Assembly (NCBI GenBank): GCA_003555145.1
Contig: PWID01000176.1
Span: forward strand, 1 to 50,185
Length of the DNA: 50,185 nt
DNA from: Balneolia bacterium
GTDB lineage: Bacteria > Bacteroidota > Rhodothermia > Balneolales > Cyclonatronaceae
Direction: 5' to 3'
In this document: positions 40,380 through 49,212 of the stretch, piece by piece
Layout of the letters: each line of letters starts with the position of its first letter
How positions within the stretch are numbered: position 1 is the stretch's first letter
Translations under genes and position numbers: made by a program
Notes under the pieces: model-generated
The model's database searches: none
What the model was told of the DNA's origin: nothing
Seen by the model: the letters and a program-made list of their open reading frames with translations, nothing else

Positions 40380-40917
40380 GGTCTAAAATTTTTTCGTACA
40401 GTAAATGAGCAGATTTCTTTACAGACAAACCAGCCTTAGGCTGATAGTGAATCTGTGCTTCAAGATATGATGGAAGCCGTTTTTCAAAAAGTGAAGAAAT
40501 TAGCGATGAAATTTCTGATTCAGGTTTTAAAACACCGTCTTCATTAAGTAATAAGGGTCTTTTATTGTTTTTTTGGACACGACTTAAAATAACATCAAAT
40601 GGAGCGTCGATAAAGCATAATATGCTTTTATTTTTTACTAAAGCGACCACTTCTTCTGTTTGTAACGCTCCTCCTCCCAAAGCAATAACCTGAGGGTTAG
40701 CCGACAGCAGCTTTTCAAGAGTTGACAGCTCTATTCTTCTGAACTCAGACTCGCCATATTGCTTAAAGATATCTGATATCTTTTTACCCGTAATATTGCG
40801 AATTGCAGCATCAAGGTCCACGAATTCCATATTCATTATACTGGCAAGCTCTCTGCCATGCGCAGACTTACCGGCCCCCATCATTCCACAGAGCGTAATA
40901 TGTGTATTTATCTTCAT
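40369..40917 (-). CDS. aroK: Shikimate kinase
   Basis: GMMGAGKS, DLD, GESEFR, ALGGG and RPLL motifs; overlaps aroB. Confidence 0.95.
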   Translation of the reverse strand: MKINTHITLCGMMGAGKSAHGRELASIMNMEFVDLDAAIRNITGKKISDIFKQYGESEFRRIELSTLEKLLSANPQVIALGGGALQTEEVVALVKNKSILCFIDAPFDVILSRVQKNNKRPLLLNEDGVLKPESEISSLISSLFEKRLPSYLEAQIHYQPKAGLSVKKSAHLLYEKILDHAR

Positions 40918-40923
40918 AATATA

Positions 40924-42522
40924 TCAGGTGCTGAAATCATGTTTAGGGGGTTCTTCCGGTTCAACCAATATGATGTTTTCCTTATCAACCAATACGGTTC
41001 CTGCCGGAGAACCTTTAGGTTTTCTAACAAACTTTCTTCGGGTCCATTTAACGGGGCACAGTTTCGAACCTTTTCCTTTAGACATCCACGCGGCCCAGGA
41101 TGCGGCCTTTTCTATCAGCTTCATGTCAGGATCTTCCTGTGCCTTATTCATCCGGATTACAACATGCGAACCCGATACACCGCTGGCATGAAGCCAGATA
41201 TCGTCTTTATGTGATTCACGCAGCACTACATCATTGCTTTTAGCATTCTTCCCAATCCAAATATCGTACTTGCCCTGCTGAAGAACTTTGTACGGCTTTT
41301 GCAGATCATTTTTGATATTTCCACTGCTTTGAAATAGTTCATGAGCGCCAAACTTTTTTTGAATTTCTTCGATTTCCCGCAGATGTTCTGTTTTGTTCAG
41401 TTCTGTTATAATGGCTTCCAGTTCAGCCTTCCGCAACAGTGTGGTTTCACGGTAAGCCACGGCTGATTCGTAGGAGCGCTCAGACTTCTTTTTTTTATCA
41501 AAATAATTCTGGGCATTAGCTGCAATATCCTCAGACGGATCGAGCGGAATATCGACCGGTTCGTTATTGTCATAAAAATCAGGAAGGGTGATGGTATCGC
41601 TGCCTTCGGGCTTTATATGAGCGTGGGCAACAAGAATATTACCCAGCTGCTCGTACCGCTCGGCCCGTTCAAGACTTTTATAGGCATCGTCTCCAGCAGT
41701 AATGATGCCATCATATTTTTTGAACAACTTTTCTGCTTTCTGGGTCAGTTCTTTCAACCGTTTTCCGTGGCGATTCTCTTTGGCTTCTGTGTAAAAACCT
41801 ACTCTTATGGCATCATTTACCGATAAAAAGCTCTCTGCCCCATCACGGTCTACAAACTGATCAGAGAATATGGTAAATCTACCGTCGGCTAAAAGTGCTG
41901 GCTGTGGTTTATGCAGAAGCTGCTTTTGAGCTGATGTAAGAAATGTAGTTATAAACTCATCATCCTGTTCTTCAAGTGAGCCAGACGATATGAGATCAGC
42001 TATAAAGTTCCGCGGTAAAAGTGGGAAAGACTGCTGAATTCGTTTTTTCAGATTTCCGGATGCTTCATTAAAAGGCTTCATTCGGGGACCGGAAGGCTGC
42101 AGCATAGGCTTACCCTCATGAGTGGCAGGGCTTTTAAAAGATTCTGTAATGATGCCTTTACGGATAAGAAAAACATTCGGCTCATGACCGAAAAGTCTAA
42201 GCTGCAGCACAAGGTCATTTTTAGAAAACCGAATAAAAACAAACCGGTCTCCATCAGCAATTTCTACGAGATCAACTTTAGCGCCCTGAAGGCTTTCAAA
42301 AAACGAAGCGCTGTTAGATTTACGGCTTGAAACTCTCGGGTCTAGAAAACAGGCTGTCTTCACTGAATCGACAGATACCGAGAGCTTAATTTCTTCTGTA
42401 TCTTTAGCAAAGAATAAATCAAGGGTATTTTTCTTGTATGTAACCGCATGGAGAAATATGGCCTTAGCCAAAATTGCATTTAACTCTTTAGCTAAATATA
42501 TTAAAGTGAAATAGTTATTCAT
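40924..42522 (-). CDS. rqcH: Ribosome quality-control factor RqcH (NFACT/FbpA family)
   Basis: N-terminal DR motif, coiled coil with NAQNYF, NFACT-R region GKNAKSND, DIWLHA, GSHVVI and VRKPKGSPAG. Confidence 0.88.
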   Translation of the reverse strand: MNNYFTLIYLAKELNAILAKAIFLHAVTYKKNTLDLFFAKDTEEIKLSVSVDSVKTACFLDPRVSSRKSNSASFFESLQGAKVDLVEIADGDRFVFIRFSKNDLVLQLRLFGHEPNVFLIRKGIITESFKSPATHEGKPMLQPSGPRMKPFNEASGNLKKRIQQSFPLLPRNFIADLISSGSLEEQDDEFITTFLTSAQKQLLHKPQPALLADGRFTIFSDQFVDRDGAESFLSVNDAIRVGFYTEAKENRHGKRLKELTQKAEKLFKKYDGIITAGDDAYKSLERAERYEQLGNILVAHAHIKPEGSDTITLPDFYDNNEPVDIPLDPSEDIAANAQNYFDKKKKSERSYESAVAYRETTLLRKAELEAIITELNKTEHLREIEEIQKKFGAHELFQSSGNIKNDLQKPYKVLQQGKYDIWIGKNAKSNDVVLRESHKDDIWLHASGVSGSHVVIRMNKAQEDPDMKLIEKAASWAAWMSKGKGSKLCPVKWTRRKFVRKPKGSPAGTVLVDKENIILVEPEEPPKHDFST

Positions 42523-42590
42523 TACAGATTTGTTAGCCTGAAAAGCCGTTCCAGAATTAAAACTTTAATTTTTTCGTTAATAGGCACCCT

Positions 42591-43238
42591 ATGAAATACC
42601 CTATTTTTGATTCGATAATCAAGAATATTAAAAATGAGATTACAAAGAGAGGTATTATACCAACAAAGTTTAAGGTATGGAAAGAATCTACCATACAAGC
42701 TACAGGTCTTGAACTTTCTCTTGATATTCATGGCCATAATTCTGGAATAAAAGAGATCACAATTAATTTCGATTGGGATTCCTTCAGGGAAGCAAAGCTC
42801 GCCCACCGCATGAAAGGCATGAAAAGGCATCCTTTACTCAAGAGGCAGGATTTATTAGACAGCAAGGTGGCTTTGACTCTTGATATAGAAACAGCCTGGC
42901 ATTTTGATGAGAAGCAAATTATAAATTTGCCTGGTGCAGAAGACGCCGATGCCAGAATTAAATACGCAAGCGAATGGATGCGCGCTTTAAATAACGAAAT
43001 TTCCACACTCGCTCCCCTTGAGAAATCAATTAACCGCTGGCATATCGAAGTAGACGGGGATAAACACGGTAAGTTTGTATCGGCATTGAGCCTGCTTACA
43101 TATCAGCAGTATTCGCTCGATGATATTGATGAACTTAGCAAGGTGCATGCTAAAGTGTCTGCAAAGCTCCAGGGAATTCTTTCAAGAAGTCTCAGGATAC
43201 TGGAGCTGGCCGGAAGAACCAGGCCTGAAGCAGCCTGA
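42591..43238 (+). CDS. Hypothetical cytoplasmic protein
   Basis: 215-aa ORF filling the gap between rqcH and a terminator; natural composition; no family recognised. Confidence 0.75.
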   Translation: MKYPIFDSIIKNIKNEITKRGIIPTKFKVWKESTIQATGLELSLDIHGHNSGIKEITINFDWDSFREAKLAHRMKGMKRHPLLKRQDLLDSKVALTLDIETAWHFDEKQIINLPGAEDADARIKYASEWMRALNNEISTLAPLEKSINRWHIEVDGDKHGKFVSALSLLTYQQYSLDDIDELSKVHAKVSAKLQGILSRSLRILELAGRTRPEAA

Positions 43239-43287
43239 TTCATTTATTAATTCCGGTAGCAGGCGTATAGTAGTTAAGCTACACACC

Positions 43288-43324
43288 AAAAAAGTAAATG
43301 CCTTAAAGAAGGCATTTACTTTTT
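43288..43324. terminator. Bidirectional terminator overlapping the bS22 stop codon
   Basis: AAAAAGTAAATGCCTT-AAAG-AAGGCATTTACTTTTT perfect inverted repeat. Confidence 0.88.
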
Positions 43325-43405
43325 CTTATGGCGATTCTTGCGAAGGCGCTTTTTGCGCTTATGCTTTGCAATTTTTGCTCTTTTTCTTTTCTTTCCGCTG
43401 GGCAT
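43316..43405 (-). CDS. 30S ribosomal protein bS22 (AURKAIP1/COX24-like), 29 aa, absent from the ORF track
   Basis: Manual translation MPSGKKRKRAKIAKHKRKKRLRKNRHKKK*; matches the Bacteroidota-type MPSGKKRKR...HKRKKR...NRHK pattern. Confidence 0.92.
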   Translation of the reverse strand: MPSGKKRKRAKIAKHKRKKRLRKNRHKKK

Positions 43406-43423
43406 TATAAAAGTCTTTAAGTT

Positions 43424-44179
43424 TTATATTTCAATTGACGTACCGGCAATCAGAGAGTGTATTATTTCTAATTCTTCATCTGTGTTTGCCATTTCAATAG
43501 AGCGATTAATATAAGCAATACTTTCGTCTTTTTTATCACTTTCATAATAAATCATACCTAAGTATAGAAATGCTCTGTAATAGTCAGGGTTATCAGAAAT
43601 CGTATCCTGCAACATCTGTACAGCACGGTTTTCGTCTCCAAGCGATATCAGAGTTATCGAAAAGTCTGTATATAGAGACGGATTGTCTGAAAGAATAATG
43701 GCTTCTTCGAAAGCTTCAGCTGAACGGTTCAGATAGAAATCTCTCCCTGACTGATCGGTTAAACGTTGCGCCCATTGATGATTAAAGAGGCCTGCTCTCC
43801 ACCAATCTTCAGCATCATCTGCGATCATTGCAATATGCCGGCTTGCTTCCGCCGCACCATCTTGTCTGCCAAGCTGCTGATATAGCAGAACCAATTCACC
43901 GTAAAATGGTATTGCGCCTCGGGAACGAGCATCGATTTCAGATAAACGCTGCTCAATTTCTCCTATACGAAATTCAATACTCTCCTGTGAACTTACATCA
44001 ATATCGCTGTGAAAGTCGAAGTACGTTTCGGATGTTTGTCCGAATGATTCGTGATGTTGAGGGTTTGATGAGGGCTGTGCAAGGTCTTCATCTGTATCGT
44101 CTGGCCTGGAGTCTAAATAAATTATAGCAGCCAGACCGGCGATGGAAACAACAAAAAAAATGAGATACCAGCGATACAT
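43424..44179 (-). CDS. Membrane-anchored tetratricopeptide repeat protein
   Basis: N-terminal TM; helical repeats such as NPDYYRAFLYLGMIY. Confidence 0.8.
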   Translation of the reverse strand: MYRWYLIFFVVSIAGLAAIIYLDSRPDDTDEDLAQPSSNPQHHESFGQTSETYFDFHSDIDVSSQESIEFRIGEIEQRLSEIDARSRGAIPFYGELVLLYQQLGRQDGAAEASRHIAMIADDAEDWWRAGLFNHQWAQRLTDQSGRDFYLNRSAEAFEEAIILSDNPSLYTDFSITLISLGDENRAVQMLQDTISDNPDYYRAFLYLGMIYYESDKKDESIAYINRSIEMANTDEELEIIHSLIAGTSIEI

Positions 44180-44266
44180 AATATAGTCTTATTAACAGTT
44201 TTAGGCTTTCAGGTCGGTTACAAGTGCCCAAACCTACGGACTATTCATGAATAATCGATGAACGAT

Positions 44267-44560
44267 TTACTGCGGTACCTTCATGTTGTCGCTAACAGCC
44301 TTTTTGAAGTCTTTCGATATTTTAAGAACAGGTACGTATTGCTCAGGTACAATTACTTCTTCGTTGGTTTTTGGGTTTCTTGCTACACGCTGAGCGCGTT
44401 TCACAACTTTAAAACTACCGAAACCACGAAGTTCGATGTTCTTCCCTTCTTTTAAAGATTCTATAACCGTATCCAGGAAACCGTTAACCACAGCTTCCGT
44501 TTCGGTCTTGGAGATACCTGTTGAAAGAGTAATAATATCAACAATGTCGGCTTTAGTCAT
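44267..44560 (-). CDS. HU/IHF family DNA-binding protein
   Basis: MTKADIV, IELRGFGSF and ARNPKT motifs. Confidence 0.96.
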   Translation of the reverse strand: MTKADIVDIITLSTGISKTETEAVVNGFLDTVIESLKEGKNIELRGFGSFKVVKRAQRVARNPKTNEEVIVPEQYVPVLKISKDFKKAVSDNMKVPQ

Positions 44561-44696
44561 GACTTTTTAGTTTGTGGGCTTAGATTAGTATGTTAGAAAC
44601 AGCACCTGTAATGCGTATTGCGCTTTAAGGAGTCTATTTACTGCATTTTGTTCAGTATAGTTCTCTAAATTCATTTACCGGGTTTAGCGTTCCTCA

Positions 44697-44704
44697 TAAT
44701 TTTG
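44697..44704 (+). promoter_or_regulatory. Candidate -7 promoter box for the symporter-upp-lpt cluster
   Basis: TAATTTTG is an exact TAnnTTTG match ~85 nt upstream of the ATG. Confidence 0.4.
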
Positions 44705-44789
44705 CATTTCAAGGATTTAAGTTTAGAAAAAATACCTTATACTTTGCGAATGTGAATAACCGGTCAAACTATAGTCAAAAACTGATTAC

Positions 44790-46463
44790 ATGGAAAAGTT
44801 CGAAGAATTTGTAAGTATCCTTGAAAGTTATGTGTGGAGTTTCCCAGCCAATATTATGGATGGTAATGCCCTGCCGCTCATCGTTGTTGTTATTCTGGGG
44901 TTTGGAATATTTATAACGCTTCGATTAGGATTCGTCCAAATAACACAGTTTAAACATGCATTTCAGGTACTGACAGGCAAGTACGATAACCCCGAAGATG
45001 ACGGAGATATAAATCATTTCCAGGCGCTCAGTACCGCCCTTTCAGCGACCGTAGGCGTTGGTAATATTGCCGGTGTAGCACTTGCCATTCATATTGGTGG
45101 TCCCGGAGCTTTGTTCTGGATGTGGATTACTGCAATTTTCGGTATGGCGATTAAATTTACTGAATGTACTCTTGGTGCTCACTTCCGGGTAAAGAACGAA
45201 GATGGCACCGTGTCCGGCGGGCCCATGTATTATATAGAAAGAGGCCTCGGCCCCAACTGGAAATGGCTGGCAGTTCTTTTTGCTTTCTCAGCTTCAGTTT
45301 GTGCCCTTTTAACAGGCAACGCCATTCAGGCTAATACCCTCGCTGATGTTATGAACAGCGACTTTCAGATTCCATTCTGGATAACAGGACTTATTTCAGC
45401 TACCCTTGTTGGTGCGGTAATTCTGGGTGGTATAAAAAGAATCGGATACGTTACTGCCCGCCTTGTGCCTCTCATGGCAATTCTCTATGTGCTGGGTGGA
45501 CTCATTATTTTGCTTTTGAACTACGATCAGATTATTCCCGGTTTTGTAACCATTTTCACAAACGCTTTTAATCCTCAGGCCGGAGCGCTTGGCGTTGGTT
45601 CAGGTGCGCTTATTCTAACCCTTAGCTATGGCGTACAGCGCGGCTTGTTCTCGAATGAAGCCGGTCAGGGTTCATCTCCGATTGCCATGGCTGCCAGCAA
45701 AACCGGTCAGCCTGTACATTCAGGTCTCGTTGGACTACTGGGCCCATTCATTGATACAATTATAGTTTGCTCGATTACGGGTTTGGTAATTATAACTACC
45801 GGAGCCTGGGACAGCTACCATAAAGTGGCACTATCCCCTGCAGGTCCGAATATTTCTTACATGCTGAGTGAAGATTTAGCAGAGTCGCCCGACGCTCCCG
45901 CTCTTATCACCTTCGAACAGGGCATACCTGTTAACGGCTCTATGATGCGTTTCAGAATTCCTGTAGACACTATGTTCGTCGATGACCAACACACTGTTCC
46001 ATTTGAAGGTACCGTAGATTTCACACAGCGTGCAGCCGTTGCGCTCACGGCCGATGGTGAGCCTGTAAGCAGACTGTATGGAGGTGTTATTGAGAATGTA
46101 GCTTCACTAACTTCAGTAGCTTTTTCTATTGGCCTGAGTCCAATTTTCCCTTACGGCGAATACCTTGTAACTATGGCTGTATTCTTCTTCGTTATCTCTA
46201 CATCTATTAGCTGGAGCTATTACGGAGAGCGTTCAATAAACTACCTCTTAGGCAAGAAATCGGTATTTCCTTATCGTATATTATTTGTGATAGCCCACTT
46301 TCTAGGCGCACTCGGATCTGTGACCGTTGTTTGGTCGTTTGGTGATGTAATGCTGGGAATTATGGCATTTGTTAATATCACCGGCTTGATTATGCTTAGT
46401 CCGGTTATCTATAAAATCACTAAGAAATATACATCCAGCATCAAAGATGCTTACGAAGACTAA
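44790..46463 (+). CDS. Sodium:alanine/glycine symporter (AGCS family)
   Basis: ATVGVGNIAGVA, GGPGALFWMW, GGPMYYI, RGLFSNEAGQGS and SWSYYGE motifs. Confidence 0.94.
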   Translation: MEKFEEFVSILESYVWSFPANIMDGNALPLIVVVILGFGIFITLRLGFVQITQFKHAFQVLTGKYDNPEDDGDINHFQALSTALSATVGVGNIAGVALAIHIGGPGALFWMWITAIFGMAIKFTECTLGAHFRVKNEDGTVSGGPMYYIERGLGPNWKWLAVLFAFSASVCALLTGNAIQANTLADVMNSDFQIPFWITGLISATLVGAVILGGIKRIGYVTARLVPLMAILYVLGGLIILLLNYDQIIPGFVTIFTNAFNPQAGALGVGSGALILTLSYGVQRGLFSNEAGQGSSPIAMAASKTGQPVHSGLVGLLGPFIDTIIVCSITGLVIITTGAWDSYHKVALSPAGPNISYMLSEDLAESPDAPALITFEQGIPVNGSMMRFRIPVDTMFVDDQHTVPFEGTVDFTQRAAVALTADGEPVSRLYGGVIENVASLTSVAFSIGLSPIFPYGEYLVTMAVFFFVISTSISWSYYGERSINYLLGKKSVFPYRILFVIAHFLGALGSVTVVWSFGDVMLGIMAFVNITGLIMLSPVIYKITKKYTSSIKDAYED

Positions 46464-46471
46464 ACATACTT

Positions 46472-47116
46472 ATGTTTAACAAGGAAACCGTTTTAGAAAT
46501 AAATCACCCGGTAATTGCAAGAGATCTTACGACTCTGCGTGATAAAAATACGAACACAGCAACCTTCAGACTGGCCTTGGGCAGAATATCGACTATTCTA
46601 GCTTACAACGCCCTTATGAACATTAGTCTGCGTACAAAATCCGTTCAAACGCCAATACAAGAAACAATCGGTTACGAAATTGAGCCGGAAATCGTTGTAG
46701 TTCCGATACTTCGCGCAGGTTTAGGTCTTGTTGATGCTATCACAACGTTTGTACCAGATGCACGTGTTGGACATCTTGGAATGTATCGCGATGAAGTAAC
46801 CAAGAAACCAGTGGATTACTACGTTAACATTCCTAACGGAATAGAAAATGCGTTAGTCCTTGTCGTAGATCCCATGCTTGCTACCGGAGGCAGCGCCTGC
46901 GATGCTATCGCTTTTCTGAAATCCAAGGGTGCGAAAGAAATCCGGTTTATATGCCTGATTTCCGCCCCGGAAGGCATTCAAAAAGTACAAAATGAACACC
47001 CTGATGTATCCATTATCACCGCAGCAGTGGATGAAAAACTCAATGACGATAAATACATCGTCCCGGGACTCGGAGACGCAGGAGACCGCATTTTCGGAAC
47101 CAGTCGCAACGCCTGA
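46472..47116 (+). CDS. upp: Uracil phosphoribosyltransferase
   Basis: PILRAG, VDPMLATGGS and YIVPGLGDAGDRIFGT motifs. Confidence 0.97.
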   Translation: MFNKETVLEINHPVIARDLTTLRDKNTNTATFRLALGRISTILAYNALMNISLRTKSVQTPIQETIGYEIEPEIVVVPILRAGLGLVDAITTFVPDARVGHLGMYRDEVTKKPVDYYVNIPNGIENALVLVVDPMLATGGSACDAIAFLKSKGAKEIRFICLISAPEGIQKVQNEHPDVSIITAAVDEKLNDDKYIVPGLGDAGDRIFGTSRNA

Positions 47117-47171
47117 TAACGGGACATCAAACGTATTTTATAAAAGCATATTTCTGTGGCTTTTAAGCTGC

Positions 47172-47696
47172 ATGATATTAATTATTGGCGTTTCCTGCAG
47201 TGAGCTTAGCGATGCCGATATGCGAAGTACAGCCAACACTATGGCAGATACTTTGCTCGGTATGTCCGAAAGCCGCGATGCTGTAATAGAAATTATGGTA
47301 GACGGGAAGATAAAGATCCGGGCCACAGCACCAAGAAGCGTTACCCGTGAGTCTCAGGGGCTAAACCAGACCGATTTATTTGGGCCGCCAGTTCATATTG
47401 CTGTCTTTGATACAGCTGGTGCGATAGAAACGCGGATTTCGTGTAATCAGGCTACTTACAAAACCCGGCAGCACCAGTTTGAGTTTTTTGGTGATGTAGT
47501 TGTCGAAACTGGTTCAGATCGTGTTTTAAGAACAGAACATCTTCTTTGGGATGAAATTGGCAGCCGTTTTAACACGAGCCGGTTCGTTACCATCACTACT
47601 CCGCAGGACAGTATAACAGGCTACGGATTTAGCGGAGATCAGGATTTAATCCGCTATAATCTGAGCACAGTTACGGGTCAGTTCTCAATAGACTAA
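47172..47696 (+). CDS. lptC: LPS export protein LptC-like (start codon uncertain)
   Basis: VSC lipobox; FGDVVV, LRTEHLLWD and ITGYGF pattern; directly upstream of an OstA-like gene. Confidence 0.8.
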   Translation: MILIIGVSCSELSDADMRSTANTMADTLLGMSESRDAVIEIMVDGKIKIRATAPRSVTRESQGLNQTDLFGPPVHIAVFDTAGAIETRISCNQATYKTRQHQFEFFGDVVVETGSDRVLRTEHLLWDEIGSRFNTSRFVTITTPQDSITGYGFSGDQDLIRYNLSTVTGQFSID

Positions 47697-47721
47697 TTAA
47701 CCAACTGCCATCATCAACATC

Positions 47722-49212
47722 GTGAAACTCGTTTTAACCGGTTTACTTGCTGCAGCAGCCTTCTCGGTTCTGCCTTTCCTTGGCGGCATTTCAAGTGAAG
47801 CTTCAGCGCAGACGCAGGTAAGAATAATCCAGGCTGACCGCCTTGCCGGGGAAACCACGGAGTTGGGCCGTGTTCGAAAGCTCCTCAACAATGTCATCAT
47901 GGAAACTGATGATCTGCATATCATTGCCGACAGCGTGTATCAGTATCTCGACCTCGACCTTGTGGATGCATTCGGAAATATCCAGATCGAGATGGATAAT
48001 CAAATCATTTGGTCAGACAGCCTCCGCTACAACACCTCTACCGATGTGAGCACGTTCAACGGCAGAGTAGTTATACAGGGAGAAAATGCAGTGATGTTCA
48101 GCGATGAAATGATTTACAACTTCTTTTTCGAAGTTGCAGAGTTTCCCGGCAGACTCCGGCTTGAGGATGCTGACGGGATTCTTGAGGCCGACCGTGGTTT
48201 CTATTTCAGCATACCCGACAGCGCTGCATTTTATGGAAACGTGCAGATTACTGACAGCACTCAGTATGCAGAATCGGACACGCTTTATGCCATTCGAAAC
48301 GCTCAGTTTTACGAACTGCACGGAAACGTCTACATCGAGGACTTCGAAAACAGATCCCGAATGCGGGGTGATTTCACCAGCAGCGATTCTACGGGCTATC
48401 GTGAACTTAGGGGTAACGCTCGGCTCCAAAGAATCAATGAGGCGCAAACCGATACCACCTTTCTCATTTCAGAGTGGATAGAGCTCACCGACCGGGACAC
48501 AACAAGCATTGTTGATGCCTACGAAAATGTGCGTATATGGTCGCAGCGATACGCTTCATTGTCCGACAGCGCGCGTTACGACGATCTTGCCGAACAGTTT
48601 ATACTCAGAGGCAATTCTCGATTATGGCGGGAAGATTTACAGCTTTCTTCCGAGATTATTGAAATACAGCTCAGAGATGATGAAATTGATCGTCTTCTGG
48701 CCACGCCAAGAGCAATTGCCGTAACGCCGGACAGTATAACCGGGCGCTTCAACCAGATTACGGGAGACTCACTCTGGATCTTTTTTGAGGAGGGTGATGT
48801 GAACCTGATAGAAGTCCACCCCGATGCAGAAATGATTATTCACGAAAAGGATGAAAACGATCAGCCGGACTTTGCTATACAGGTGGCTTCAGCCGAGCTG
48901 TTCATGTACTTTGCAGAAGGTGAAATAGACAGCGTAAAATATTACAGAAACGTGGATGGTCGCTATATCCCTGAAACGCAGGATCCGGGCTCAGTACGCC
49001 TGGGCGGATTTCAGTACGACCCGGAGTTGAGACCGGAACGGCCCGAAGAGTGGTTGATACCATCCCTGCCGCCGGTTAGTAATGTACCGATGTTTCCACT
49101 CCCCCGCCGCTATTCAGAATTTTTGAGAAACAGAAGCTTGGAGATTAACGGCCTGGAAGAAAATCAGAATGGAGCTGCGGCAGATACTACGAACTCAAAC
49201 CAACAGCGATAG
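47722..49212 (+). CDS. OstA/LptA-like extended beta-jellyroll periplasmic protein
   Basis: Signal peptide; repeated ADS/GNV-type strand units (AFGNIQI, FYGNVQI, LHGNVYI); follows lptC. Confidence 0.85.
   Translation: MKLVLTGLLAAAAFSVLPFLGGISSEASAQTQVRIIQADRLAGETTELGRVRKLLNNVIMETDDLHIIADSVYQYLDLDLVDAFGNIQIEMDNQIIWSDSLRYNTSTDVSTFNGRVVIQGENAVMFSDEMIYNFFFEVAEFPGRLRLEDADGILEADRGFYFSIPDSAAFYGNVQITDSTQYAESDTLYAIRNAQFYELHGNVYIEDFENRSRMRGDFTSSDSTGYRELRGNARLQRINEAQTDTTFLISEWIELTDRDTTSIVDAYENVRIWSQRYASLSDSARYDDLAEQFILRGNSRLWREDLQLSSEIIEIQLRDDEIDRLLATPRAIAVTPDSITGRFNQITGDSLWIFFEEGDVNLIEVHPDAEMIIHEKDENDQPDFAIQVASAELFMYFAEGEIDSVKYYRNVDGRYIPETQDPGSVRLGGFQYDPELRPERPEEWLIPSLPPVSNVPMFPLPRRYSEFLRNRSLEINGLEENQNGAAADTTNSNQQR

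Noticed and set aside
42522-42830. 102-aa minus ORF abutting the rqcH start
   Set aside because: Antisense to the better 215-aa ORF; RqcH already begins with a typical N-terminus.
43120-43410. 96-aa + strand ORF with a Phe-rich tail
   Set aside because: It crosses a strong terminator, and the Phe run is the antisense of the Lys codons of bS22.
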